Assembly: GCA_964016885.1 (NCBI GenBank)
Contig: OZ024747.1
Coordinates: 43,462,001-43,526,000 of the forward strand
From: Eledone cirrhosa
Taxonomy: Eukaryota
DNA: 64,000 bases
Direction of reading: 5' to 3'
The number at the start of each line of letters is the position of its first letter. Position 1 is the first letter of the stretch. A program made the translations under genes and the position numbers. The notes under the pieces were generated by a model. That model was given only the letters and a program-made list of their open reading frames with translations, was not told where the DNA came from and did not search any database. Shown in pieces: positions 26,833 through 40,399 of this stretch.

Positions 26833-27895
26833 TCATCATCATCATCATCGTTTAACGTCCATGTTCCACGCTTGCATGGGTTTGGACGGGAGTTTTCCCA
26901 CTTCAGGCAAGAGTGGTTGTCTTGCTCACATAGGACTGTCTGGCGAGTTTTCTACAGCTGGATACCCTTCCTAACACCAACCACATTTACAGTGTGGGAC
27001 TGGGAGGTTTTTACCGTGTTGCCTACACGGCCACATTACAGCGTGGACTGTGTGTTTTTTTTGTCGTGACACCTACACGATCTCATTTGTTTCAGCCTGG
27101 ATGTTGTGGCACCAACATAACTTTACATTGAAAGGAGTGGTGTGGATGGGGTGGGGGTGGTGGGACGGGGGTGTATTTTGTTAGAGGTGCCTACTGACTG
27201 TAGTAGGTTTTACTTTGTATTTAGGTAAGGCAGGTCTTCTCTATTACTGAGTACCGCCAAAGACCTCGGTCCAGTGACATTGTCTTGGAGAGGTGTAAGT
27301 GTGTGAGGTCGGAATTTATCAGGTCGTCCCAGGTTTTTCTGGGTCTGCCTACTCCGTGGCTACCGTCTATCTTTATTGCCCTGCACTTTTTTATACAGCT
27401 GTTGTCTTTCACGCGCGTAAACAACATCGCCTTCTCTCGAGTAAACAACATCTGATCCCTCTTATTTCTAATTTTTCCCTTAGTTCGTTTATGCTTTGCA
27501 GTTCGCGTATATTACTATTACACATCCAGCGGAGCATGCAAGCTTCGTTCCTCTCTAGTCTGCGTATATCCTCTGCACACAATGCCCAGGTCTCACTGCC
27601 ATGCAACATTTCTGTTCGTATGCAGGCATCATACAGCCTGCCTTTCATTTTTAGGGAGAACCCTTTAGCGGCTAATAGTGGTATAAGCTCTCTGAACTTT
27701 TTCCATCCAGTTCTGACTCTAGCTACTGTACTTTCAGAGCACCCTCCCCCACTGCTCATTTTGTCTCCCAGGTAACGGAAGCTGTCCACTATTTCTATAG
27801 AACCCTCTGCGCAATTGAAAGAGCTAGTATTTTGTGGGTACTTGCTGCTACTTATTGCACCAGAGCACCAGCCACATGTAAAATCTATGTTCTTA
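26833..27895 (-). mobile_element. 5'-truncated RTE family A (A2) LINE
   Basis: ORFs 27409..27789 and 27221..27451 ([21 protein letters not shown]) plus 3' UTR and (GAT)n tail. Confidence 0.9.
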
Positions 27896-28344
27896 GTTCC
27901 TCGTTAAACATTTATCAACATCATGTGGTTTGAGGCTCATTCAGACTCACACTTCTCAATAGATATAAAGATATTTTGTATAGTGTGGGACGTATCTAAA
28001 GAAATTCCTCTGATGAGTAGATCCTTTTCGTTCGTTGGCTTTTACCGGGATTGATAACCAGTAATCAATAATCGATTACTTGGATCGATTTCCACTTGCC
28101 TAATGTTTTTTGAAGCTGTAATAGAGTACTGTCAGGAATATTACTTATTCCACCTTAAGTATGTATATTTTTTCATGAATATTATTTGAATTAAATATGT
28201 GTACAAAATACTGTGTTTCTCAAATGATATACAGCTCTTTCTCTCTCTAAATATACCTTTTGAATTCATATATGAAGTACAGGTTTCCATATAATTTCTG
28301 TCTAGCAAATTCCACTCCTAAGGCATTATTCAACCTGCCATTAT

Positions 28345-28525
28345 GGTACAATATCGGTAGAGGGTCGGACGCCATGCTTTGACGCAAAGAGTTACGTCCC
28401 TTTACGATCTGAGTTCAAATCCCGCCAAGGTTAACTTTGCCTTTCATCCTTACAGGGTCGATAAAATAAAATACCAGTAATGTACTGGGTAATTGCTGGC
28501 CTTGTGCCAAAAGTAGAAACAATTA
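28345..28525 (+). mobile_element. tRNA-derived SINE family 1
   Basis: Homology to 17458. Confidence 0.88.
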
Positions 28526-28936
28526 TGGTAAAATACACTTATCCCAGATGCTATGCTGTGGGATTTAACCCAGTATATGTTGCTGTGAAGCAAAATTCTT
28601 AACCATATCACAACCATTACTTTGTTGTTTTTAACTTCTGACATCCTGTAACAATTTAACAGAAAATATGTAAAAAAAGGTTTATAGTAACTTTATTAGT
28701 GGAAAGAACATTGGAAAAATTTAAAGTATTAGAGTAAAGATTTCAATTTTAATGTAGTTATTGTGCTGTTTTATATTTTTCAAGAATGTCTTGCTAATGT
28801 AATTTCATGTGGTTTGTTAATTCAAATGTTTACAATATCTTTACTAGTGGACAAATTGTTACAAAAATTTGCTATATTAGACTAATAATTTCAGTTTTGA
28901 ATATGATGTAGTCATTGTACTGCTATGTACTTTTAA

Positions 28937-29158
28937 CCCTTTAGCATTCACATTACTCTATATATATACTATTATAATTTAATGGTAAAGGCTTTACCTC
29001 ACATAATTATCTCACATAATATCGAATCTATGAGATTTTGAAAGTATTTATTTTGAGAACAATACCTTAACATCAGTTTGAGTGACCAGTTACAGCCAGT
29101 TTCAACAGAAAGAGGTAGAGAATTCTGGCTGGTTTGGGCCAGTTTGAACATTAAAGGG
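28937..29158. mobile_element. piggyBac-type MITE (copy 2)
   Basis: TTAA-ccctttagcatt..ttaaaggg-TTAA; colinear with 2352-2570. Confidence 0.85.
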
Positions 29159-29759
29159 TTAAATAATGTTTTTTAATGCAGTATTATAATGTAGAGGAGC
29201 CTTGGAGTTAAGACATTCACTTTCTGTCTCTCATTAGCAAACTTGTTGTTTGTTGAAAAGCTTTCTTGAAGGACAAACTAGGAAAATATCTGCAATGTAA
29301 TAAATGATCCACAGAAAAAATAAAAAAGACATTAATTCAATGTTGCTATTTATTTACCTGCCTTTTCAATGAAATACAGACTAAATGATCATTTAGATGA
29401 ATTTTCTGACTAATACAATTTCTAATAGGAAATGATTGGAGAGTGTTTTCAATATTGTTGTTATTCTCATTGTTGTTGTTATTTTCATTCTTGTTGTTGT
29501 TGTACTCATTGTTGTTGTTGTATTCTTTATATTTATTTTTAAAAGTCATTTCTCTTTTGTTTGAGAATTCCTGTAAAACTAAGTGACAGCATTCTTTACA
29601 CCTGACAAACAAAAGAATATGTATTATACATACAAATAGATATACACACCTGCGTACATGTATTACACATACATACAGGCATACAGGCATACATTCATAC
29701 ACATATACACATACACATGCATATACATATTCATACATACACATACATATATACCTGAA

Positions 29760-29796
<37 letters not shown>

Positions 29797-29884
29797 GCAT
29801 ATACATACACACATATATATATATATATAAGTTTTAATATAGATGAGATTCTACATGAATACATACATACATACATACATACAT

Positions 29885-29951
<67 letters not shown>

Positions 29952-29997
29952 TATATAAGTTTTAATATAGATGAGATTCTACATGAATATATACATG

Positions 29998-30029
<32 letters not shown>

Positions 30030-30194
30030 CGCACACACACAAAACATATATATAAAGGCAAAGAAATATATACGGCAATTGTTACTCTCTCTCTCTCTCT
30101 TTCTATCTTGCACTCCTTTTATCCCTCTTCCTCTCTTTTGCCATCACATGGATATAACATACTACATGTCTTTAATCTCCTCCTTCTCCTTCCA

Positions 30195-31250
30195 CTCACA
30201 CACACACACACACAGGCACACACACACACACATAAACACACACAGGTACACACTTAAACACACACAGGCACACACCCACACAGGCACACACATAAACACA
30301 CACAGGTACACACATAAACACACACAGGTACACACATAAACACACACAGGCACACACCCACACAGGCACACACCCACACAGGCACACACATAAACACACA
30401 CAGGTACACACATAAACACCCACACAGGTACACACCCACACAGGCACACACATAAACACACACAGGTACACACATAAACACACACAGGTACACACATAAA
30501 CACACACAGGCACACACCCACACAGGCACACACATAAACACACACAGGTACACACATAAACACACATAGGCACACACCCACACAGGCACACACATAACAC
30601 ACACAGGTACACACATAAACACACACAGGCACACACACACACAGGCACACACATAAACACACACAGGTACACACATAAACACACACAGGTACACACATAA
30701 ACACCCACACAGGCACACACATAAACACACACAGGCACACACATAAACACACACAGGTACACACATAAACACACACAGGTACACACATAAACACCCACAC
30801 AGGCACACACATAAACACACACAGGTACACACATAAACACACACAGGTACACACATAAACACCCACACAGGCACACACATAAACACACACAGGCACACAC
30901 ATAAACACACACAGGTACACACACACATAAACACACACAGGCACACACCCACACAGGTACACACATAAACCCACACAAGTACACACATAAACACACACAG
31001 GTACACACATAAACACCCACACAGGCACACACATAAACACACACAGGCACACACATAAACACACACAGGTACACACACACATAAACACACACAGGCACAC
31101 ACCCACACAGGTACACACATAAACCCACACAGGTACACACATAAACACACACAGGTACACACATAAACACACACAGGTACACACATAAACACACACAGGC
31201 ACACACATAAACACACACAGGTACACACATAAACACACACAGGTACACAT
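30195..31250. repeat. CA-derived minisatellite with ~22- and ~16-bp higher-order units (cacacataaacacacacaggt/c)
   Basis: Direct reading. Confidence 0.92.
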
Positions 31251-31344
31251 ACATTTATACAGTGCTCTCAACTGGAGAGACAAAGACCAAATATAATCAC
31301 TGCAGTGAATATACAAGCTGAGATGGTATCTGGCAGTAGCAGCA

Positions 31345-31755
31345 TGGTGGTGGTGGTGGTGGTGGTGGTGGTGGTGGTGGTGGTGGTGGTGGTGGTGGTG
31401 GTGGTGGTGGTGGTGATGGTGGTGGTGGTGGTGATGGTGGTGGTGGTGGTGATGGTGATGGTGGTGGTGGTGTTGGTGGTGTGGTGGTGGTGGTGGTGGT
31501 GGTGGTGGTGATGGTGGCGGTGGTGGTGGTGGTGGTGGTGGTGGTGGTGGTGGTGGTGGTGGTGGTGGTGGTGGTGGAGGTGGTGGTGGTGATGGTGGTG
31601 TTGGTAGTTTTGGTGGTGATGGTGGTAGTGGTGGTGATGGTGGTGGGGATGGGGGGGGGATTGGGGGGGGGGGGGTGTTGGCGGTGGTGGTGCTGGCAGT
31701 GGTGATGGTTGGTGGTGGTGGTGGTGGTGGTTGGTGGTTGGTGGTGGTGGTGGTG

Positions 31756-31787
<32 letters not shown>

Positions 31788-31985
31788 GGTGGTTGTGGTG
31801 ATGGTGGTGGTGGTGATTGTGGTGGTTGTGGTGGTGGTGATGGTGGTGGTGGTTGTGGTGGTGGTGGTTGTGGTGGTGGTGGTTGTGGTGGTGATGGTGG
31901 TGGTGGTTGTTGTGGTGGTGGTGATGGTGGTGGTGGTGAAGATGGTGTTAGTGATGGAGTTGGTGGAGTGATGATGGTAGTAGTA
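31345..31985. repeat. Degenerate (GGT)n trinucleotide repeat
   Basis: Direct reading. Confidence 0.95.
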
Positions 31986-32324
31986 GGGGTTAGTAACAGT
32001 TGCTGTCAGTATGTGTTTACAATTTTCCACTTCTTAATTCAATTCAGTTTATATTGTCATAATATGCAAATACAAACAACAACAACATTTTGGAGTGCAT
32101 CCTAAATTTAATCAACCCACACAACCAATAGTAATGGTAATGACAATTAATATATATTCATTAATTAAATCATAACGATAACATATAATGGAACAAGTTA
32201 AATTAAATAAAATGCAGTAACTGTTGTTGTTGCTGTTGCTTAGCCCATAAGACAACATTGTTCAAAAGCATTCCAGGTGCGACCATCATGTTTTTATCCA
32301 GTAAGTCTTACCTTTATAAGAGAA

Positions 32325-32772
32325 TCATCATCATCATCATCATCACCGTTTTACGCCCATTCTTTCAGGCTAGCATGGGTTAGACGGGTTGTCCTGTTGT
32401 GGGCAGTGTCCGGTCGGCTGATCATGTCTTGTTCATACAGGAACTGATTTTGGCTTGATTTCTACAGCTTGATGCCCTTCCTAACGCCAACCTCATTTAC
32501 AGTGAGTGCTGGGTGCTTTTCTTTTCCATGGCACCTACACGTCCACTTTACAATGTGGGCTGGGTGCTTTTTTTGCCGTGGCACCTCCACGACCACTTTG
32601 CAGTGGAATGATATGGACTCCAGTCCTTTCAGCTCATTTCTACAGCTGTGTAAATTGGAACAATGTGAAATAAAGTGTCTTGCTCAAGGAAACAACACAT
32701 CACCCGGTCCGAGAATTGAACTCACAACCTTTCGATTGCAAGACGAATGCTCTAACCAATAAGCCATGCGCC
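32325..32772 (-). mobile_element. CORE-like tRNA SINE (family 2) with RTE-A1 3' tail
   Basis: tRNA head plus ccttgagcaagacactttatttcacattg..cagctgtagaaatgag, then a tail matching the RTE-A1 3' UTR and (GAT)n. Confidence 0.85.
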
Positions 32773-32879
32773 TTCACGTGTGATATTGAGGGTCAAATGA
32801 TTATGCAGAGTCTCCACCTGTTAATTTGTTGAAGTCATTTTGGCATCAAGGTTCTAAACCAGTTCAAGCAATTACAGTT

Positions 32880-32955
<76 letters not shown>

Positions 32956-33175
32956 CTGCATATTGAAGAGTCGGTAACTTACAAATGCATACTCAAATTT
33001 ATATATATAAGTATTCCTGAAATAAGCAACACTAACATGTAAATAGTATCTCTCTGGCCTACGCTTGAGTAGGATTTGAAATCTTAGGTAACAAGCAACT
33101 GTGTTAAGAAATTATTTATAATATATATATGCATATCATATATATACTTGTATGCACATATATATATATGTATGA

Positions 33176-33760
33176 TCATCATCATCATCATCACCGTTTT
33201 ACGTCCGTTCTTCCACGCTATCATGGGTTAGACGGGTTGTCCTGTTGTGGGCAGAGTCTGGTCGGCTGACCATGCCTTGCTCATACAGGAACTGATTTGG
33301 CTTGATTTCTACAGCTGGATGCTCTTCCTAACACCAACCTCATTTACAGTGAGTGCTGGGTGCTTTTTCGTGGCGCCTACACGTCCACTTTACAGTGTGG
33401 GCTGGGTGCTTTTTTGCCGTGGCACCTCCACGACCACCTTGCCATGGAGGGTGTGGGTGCATATTGTTTATATGCTTCAGCTTGTACCCATGGGAGGTCG
33501 GGTACTCTGTATTACTGTGTGACGCCAGAGGTCATGGTCGTGTGTCATCGCCTTTGAGAGGTGTAATTGGGTAAGGTCGGCTTTTATCACCTCATCCCAG
33601 GTCTTCTTGGGTCTCCCCACTCCGCGGTTTCCATTGACTTCTAGTGCTCTGCACCTTTTTATGCAGCTGTCATCCTTCATACGCATCACATGTCCATATC
33701 AACGCAACCGCCTCTCCTGCACACAGCATTTGATTCCTCTTATGCTCAGTCTCTCTCTCA
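33176..33760 (-). mobile_element. RTE family A1 3' end
   Basis: ORF 33477..33689 and 3' UTR near-identical to 7500-8080. Confidence 0.9.
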
Positions 33761-33810
33761 TATATATATATATATACACACACACATGTACACATACATA
33801 TATATATATA

Positions 33811-34557
33811 CTAGCAGAATGGCCCGGCGTTGCTTGGGCTTCTAAACATGGATTGGCATGTTTATCTCTCCTTTCTGAAACAGTACAGAGAATTATGGAA
33901 TACCTCGGCCTAGGGATGGTGTCTACATTTTGTGCCTATAAAAAAAATTCATCGTAGATTACCAGGGGTTTAACTTAATTGGGTGCCTGAGAGTAAAATG
34001 TTCAACCCACAAAAGCCAAGACGATAGGGTTAAGTAAAAAGGCATTTGACAAACCGAACATGTATTTGTTGTGCTATGGTACAATAAAAGCAATAGTTAC
34101 AGAGTAGTAAGCATGTGGGACTGCAGTGGTGGAGAGCATGAAGGAATTTAGTTGGATACTTTTAAGGTTACAAAATCTACCCAATCTGATTTAGACCGAA
34201 CTGTTATATCAGATGCCGAACGCTTCAGAGTTACTATTGGGGTCACCATCAACAATTTTAAGGGATGTACGATTAAATAGGGATACTATAGTCTAGAAAG
34301 AGGTAACTGTTTCAAAATACTAAAGAGTTGTCTCTCTTGAACATTGTATACAAAATTGCTGACAAAAAGGGCTTAAAGTTTTAGTGAAAAAAACACCTTT
34401 AACAACAGAAAATTGAAAAATAAAAGCTGCAGTTAATATCTTTAGACCACAAGGAATATATAAATGCAAGTTTGAAGTCAATCGGAGTAGAAATGTGGAT
34501 TTGTATAGACTTTTTCAAAATTAGGACACACACACAGACAACTTCAGTTTTATATAA
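33811..34557 (-). mobile_element. Non-autonomous Helitron-like element
   Basis: Minus strand starts tatataaaactgaagttgtctgtgtg and ends with GC hairpin gcccaagcaacgccgggc followed by CTAG|T. Confidence 0.72.
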
Positions 34558-34566
34558 TATGTATAT

Positions 34567-35130
34567 ATATATAAAATCAAGGGAGTGTAAACACAGAAAA
34601 TATCTTAAAAAATAATAAATAATTAAATTCCAAAAAATTCACTGTACTTACTATATGTGCTTTTACCGCAGTTTCAGATCCCAAATAAATAGACAATCCA
34701 AGTGGATTTCCATTGAGAAAGAGATGATCGTTAGTAGGCTTTTCTCTCTCGGAGAATAGAAAATTCCTGAGTTCAAATTACAAACTGGCGCCATACCAAA
34801 CTGCCTCAGAATGAATCAGTTATGGTTAGGAACGAGTGCAAAGGCGAAAGCACGTTGGACAGGTCAATCTAATGCTACTAAAAATAGAAGCTATACGAAC
34901 GACCAAAGGTGTCTATAATAAATGGTAAAGGCACATATAGTAAGTACAGTGAATTTTTTGGAATTTAATTATTTATTATTTTTTAAGATATTTTCTGTGT
35001 TTACACTCCCTTGATTTTATATATTCTGCCTTGTTAATTTATTAACTTGTTATTGAACCACACTGGCATACGGACTATACTTGTATCCCTATGTGTATTA
35101 TTTACATATACGACACATACTTTTACTATT
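34567..35130. mobile_element. Foldback element: ~101-bp inverted arms (34567-34667 / 34924-35024) plus unpaired extension, set in (TA)n; Penelope-like terminus candidate
   Basis: Arms are reverse complements with 1 mismatch seen. Confidence 0.7.
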
Positions 35131-35314
35131 ATATATATATATATACACACATATAAACACACACACATGCAGTAATACAACCAACAAATGACTCACAAAT
35201 GACTTTGTAACATGCAAGTCATATTGTGAAACTTCTAAGTAGCTGTTTAATTGTCATCTAATGTACTCTACCAACACATATATATGTACATACATGCATA
35301 CATACATACATACA

Positions 35315-35660
35315 AAGAATATTGACCTGTTTACAACATTCTCAAAGGATATAGGAATGGAGTTTGGCTAGGATAAATGTTCATATATGACTGTAAAGCG
35401 GGGAAAAACTACAAGCCAATCTAGCAACATTTTTATCAATGGCCTAAATGTTTCACCGATATCTGACAAGGACTGCTATAGATACTTAGGGATAGATGAG
35501 AATATATCCTATGATAGTATCTGCAACAAGGAACCTGTAACCAAGGAATATTACACCCGATTATGAAAGATATGGTCATCTGAAATCCCTGCGCATAATA
35601 AAAAATTAGCTTAGAATTTGTTTGCTTTACCTGTCCTAACCAACCAACAGTTAGGCCATT
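35315..35660 (+). mobile_element. Degenerate R4/Dong-type RT C-terminal fragment
   Basis: FSKDIGMEFG*DKC..VKRGK..YRYLG motifs; begins at (CATA)n. Confidence 0.7.
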
Positions 35661-35971
35661 GATAAGGTTTGAACTTGAATATAGCAGAATAAAAATATAT
35701 ATTGTAACATAATTTGTCTTGCAGTATACCATTTATCTCATTCCATCACCCAAAAGAAATAGAAATATTATAAAAATACAAAGTAATACAAATTTCTAAC
35801 ATAACTATAAGAAATTTTCTTCCCAACCATATGGTTTTGGGTTTACTCAAACTACATGGCACCTAAGACAAGTGCCTTTTAATATAACCCCAGGCCAACC
35901 AATGCAACCAAACAAAACTGTTAGGCAAAGCTTCAGTCAATATATATATATGTGTATATATATATATATAT

Positions 35972-36535
35972 AGCTGCATTGTCAAACTGATGGAATCCTA
36001 TGTCAGAGAAACACTTTGGAACTTCTGGAGCTCTCACAGTCTTATCCGGCCCTCCCAATTTGGATTTATCCCTAACTCCAGCTGCTGTCATCAACTTATT
36101 GAGTTTCTTGAAGACATCACCCGGATCACTGATGGCAGCTCATGGGTGGATGTTGTTTACCTTGACTTTGCTAAAGCTTTCAATTCTGTGCCACACAAAA
36201 GACTTATGGCAAAACTCTCTGCAATGGGTATGAAGGATTATCTTTTTAACTGGTCGAAGTCCTTCATTCTCAGTTGAAGAGAGGTAATCACGATTCTAGG
36301 ACAGCATTCCTTACTATATGAGATGCCATCTGGTGTACCACAGGGATCTGTTCTTGGCCCCCTTTTGACATAGATGCCAACTTAAAGAATGCCACAGTAC
36401 TGAAATATGCAGATGACCTCAAGCTGTACCTTGAGATAAAAAGGACAGATCCTGAACACTATAGATCTTGCCTGCAATCTGACCTGGACACAATGCAACA
36501 ATGGATCACGGACTGGCAACTCAAGCTGACTGTGG
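35972..36535 (+). mobile_element. CR1/L2-type LINE RT fragment
   Basis: SQFGF..SC..QL..VDVVYLDFAKAFNSVPHKRL, SGVPQGSVLGP, YADDLKL; interrupted by stops. Confidence 0.85.
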
Positions 36536-36989
36536 TTATGTAGGTGTCACAACAAAAAGTGCCCAGTCCACACTGTAAAGTGGTCGTGTAGGTGACACAA
36601 CAAAAAGTGCCCAGTCCACACTGTAATGTGGTCGTATAGGTGACATGACAAAAAGCACCTAGCACACACTGTAAATGTGATTGGCGGTAGAAACCAAGCC
36701 AAAATCTGCCCCAGGAGAGCTAAACAAGGGTCAATCCATCTTACCCATGGATAATGGATGCTAATCAATGAGGTTGAGGATATGTTTATGTGTATATATA
36801 TATGAAGTGTATATGTATATGTATGATATATTGAGGATATGTTTATGTGTATATATATATGAAGTGTGTATGTATATGTATATGTTTATTACATATATGG
36901 TATATGTATATATATATATATATATATACATATATACATATATATATATACATATATATACAAATATATATATATACATATATATACAA

Positions 36990-37022
<33 letters not shown>

Positions 37023-37145
37023 GGTGGTGAGTAATATTGTAGAACAAGAAAACTATGCATATATCAGATAAAGAAGCACTCAACATTTGGTAGAACTGGA
37101 GTATATATAAAGAAGAAATTAAAAGATGGTTAAAAAAGTTCCATA

Positions 37146-37215
37146 TATTTTATTATGCGCATTTCGAAAACAACATCATCCTGGGCCAAAAATTGTGTTC
37201 TCATCAGATAAAATA
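37146..37215 (-). ncRNA. Type I hammerhead ribozyme motif (left arm, minus strand)
   Basis: Mirror copy of 37356-37425. Confidence 0.78.
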
Positions 37216-37355
37216 AGGTAACATGATATGAGGCCTAAAAACACTTGTGAACAAGAAAGTGTCGAGTCTACATATATGTAGTGTCCAGTCAACACATTTG
37301 TTGCTTGGACACTTTCTTGTTCACAAGTGTTTTTAGGCCTCATATCATGTTACCT

Positions 37356-37425
37356 TATTTTATCTGATGAGAACACAATTTTTGTCCCAGGATGATGTTG
37401 TTTTCGAAATGCGCATAATAAAATA
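37356..37425 (+). ncRNA. Type I hammerhead ribozyme motif (right arm)
   Basis: tattttat CTGATGA gaacacaat..gttgttttc GAAA tgcgca TA ataaaata: perfect 8-bp stem I, palindromic stem III. Confidence 0.8.
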
Positions 37426-37502
37426 TATGGAACTTTTTTAACCATCTTTTAATTTCTTCTTTATATATATATATATATGTATATCATTATCATGATATGT
37501 GC

Positions 37503-37560
<58 letters not shown>

Positions 37561-37567
37561 GCACATA

Positions 37568-37905
37568 CAGAGGATGGCTCTGAACATTAATCAGTATACA
37601 CTGAGGATGAAAAACTCAGAGCTGTATGGGAGCATCCCAAAAGTCAGCTCAAAAGTGACACAGAGGAGACTGAGGTTGGCTGGACATGCTCACCAACATC
37701 CAGAGTTGACACTGCACTCAGTGCTCCTTTGGGAGCCCCTACATGGACACACTAGAAGAGGAAGACCAAGGTTAACATATGTTGATGCCCTAAGGACAGA
37801 CACTGGTCTGTTGGAGACGCAGGACATGGCAGCAATAATGAGGGACAGAGACCGCTGGAGAGAACTCGTCCACGGATCTCGGGAATTTTACCCGCCTTAG
37901 ATATA
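37568..37905 (+). mobile_element. 3' ~330 bp of the full-length RTE LINE family at 44494
   Basis: Near-identical to 47470-47800; embedded in TA-rich microsatellite. Confidence 0.92.
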
Positions 37906-38278
37906 TAGATAGATATATATATATGTATTATGCTGGTACCACAAAACATCCAGCCCAGACTGTAAAGTGAAAGTGTAGGTGTCACATTGTAAAGTGGACA
38001 TGTAAAAGACACGACAAAAATCACCCAGTACACACTGTCAATGTGGTTGGCATTAGGAAGGGCATCCACCCATAGAAAACCATCCAGAAAAACTCCTATA
38101 TGAGTGAGACATGGTCACCCAACCCAAGTTGCCTCTAATTGGGACAAACCTGTCTAACCCATGCTGGCATGGAAGATAGATGTTAATCGATGATGATGAT
38201 GATGATATATATGTGTGTGTGTATATGATACATATATATATATATGTATGTATATATATATATGTGTGTGTGTATATG

Positions 38279-38326
<48 letters not shown>

Positions 38327-38931
38327 TAAAATAACTAATTAAAGTTTAAGCAAAGAATCGCTGCTTTCACCCTTAACAGGATCTTCTGAAACTAACAAAG
38401 TCAATCTGTGAACGCAGAATTAAATATTTCAAAAAACGTTGCAACCGAAGGAAGACAGGAAGACGATACTTTGATTCGTGGAAACATTCCCTTGAAAAGA
38501 ACAGAAAAAACGAAGATAATACGTCATTATTTCAAAACAATTACACAGACAAAACCACGTTTATGGTATAAAAGAAGTCGTAGACTAATATTCTATTAGG
38601 TGGTTCATGGAGACGTTCTCTGGCAATGAACGAAAAAAATGAAGATAATACATCATTATGTGGAGCGGTGAGAACAATTACACACAAAGAGAAAACCACG
38701 TAAATGGTATAACTGAAGTCGTAGAATAAAATTCTATCTAGGAAACCGAATGATTCTCGGCTTCAGAGTTAAGAATAAAGTAAATAAAATACAGAGGTAA
38801 TTGAAATAAATATATACATACACGCATCCATATACGTACATACACAAGCATACGCGAAAACACTCGCCATGGGTATACAAATACAAGCGCATACACAAAA
38901 AAAACCCGCACGCACATACAGTACCCATGCA

Positions 38932-39455
38932 ACATACTAGTATTTCAGTATACATATATGGATGTACATCTTTAACTTAATTGTTTAAGCGTCAGTCATA
39001 CAAAAGTGAGTTACAAACGAAACGAAATTTAATTTCGTTTCGTTATTTGTTTTTATCGTCTCCGTTGAACCGGTACTTACTCACACTCTATGCAAATTAG
39101 TCTGCCCACTACTAATTTTCATAGAAAAAGCATATAACGATATGTGCTTTTACGATTCTCTAGAGAGGCCGGAAGATAGGTAAATATTGCTGATGAGTTG
39201 TAACAACAACGAAACTAGTTCAATATTCCTTGTCTGGCTTTCTGGAGAATAGAGGAAAGGTGTTTCCTCAAAAACCAGTATGACTCTAAAAACCGGTTTG
39301 TCTGTGTGTTTACATACAGAATAGCTGGCCACTCACAGTAAAGTGACCAGTGAAAAAACTTGGTACATCTACATATGTATACGTGTGTGTATTCATATAC
39401 ATACTAGTATTTCAGTATACATATATGGATGTACATCTTTAACTTAATTGTTTAA
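38932..39455 (+). mobile_element. Segment bounded by 57-bp direct repeats (38932-38988 / 39399-39455) and containing a hammerhead; retrozyme/Penelope-like candidate
   Basis: acatactagtatttcagtatacatatatggatgtacatctttaacttaattgtttaa occurs at both ends. Confidence 0.55.
39183..39227 (+). ncRNA. Minimal type I hammerhead ribozyme
   Basis: aatattg CTGATGA gttgt-aaca-acaac GAAA ctag TT caatatt: perfect stems I and II, palindromic stem III, GUU triplet. Confidence 0.85.
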
Positions 39456-40011
39456 ATAAATGTATATAAATAAATAAATACGTATATAACGCCCGTACAC
39501 ACATACCTACATGTAAATACACATATGTTCGCAGACGCACGTCAACCAAAACGCAAAGTACACATATACACACACCCTACATACGTACGAACCCGCATAC
39601 TCACACAGTCGCAAAACTCACGTATACACTTAACCAAATGCACATGTACCAGTTTATATAATATATACGCCATAACATATATGAGCAAATATACGTACTT
39701 TCACAAAACATACAGGTAATATATACTTAACTATATAAATAAGTAATGGTATAAACATAACATATACTTAGCTACCACATCAAGATGTAAAATATCCACG
39801 TATAGTTCGTACTATCCATTAGGGTATAATGTAGGGCTGTAATACAGGAAAGTTTTGTGCAATTTATGTTTACAAGCTGAAATTGCCTCAGATTTTTTGT
39901 TTAAGATGTGGTCGTTGGCGTAGAATATTTCCAGGGCCTCAGCGGCGCAGAGGTCACACGGTCTTTTATTTCCGTTATACGATCTAGCCTTTATTATTAT
40001 TAGTTCAAATA

Positions 40012-40399
<388 letters not shown>

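Larger units (their letters stand above)
37102..37469. mobile_element. Foldback element with ~162-bp inverted arms and a 44-nt spacer, each arm carrying a hammerhead motif
   Basis: 37102-37263 is the reverse complement of 37308-37469 with 1 mismatch seen; TA-flanked. Confidence 0.85.

Noticed and set aside
30162-32030. 622-aa ORF with poly-T/P/H and VCLC repeats
   Set aside because: Translation of (GGT)n and a CA minisatellite; not a credible protein.
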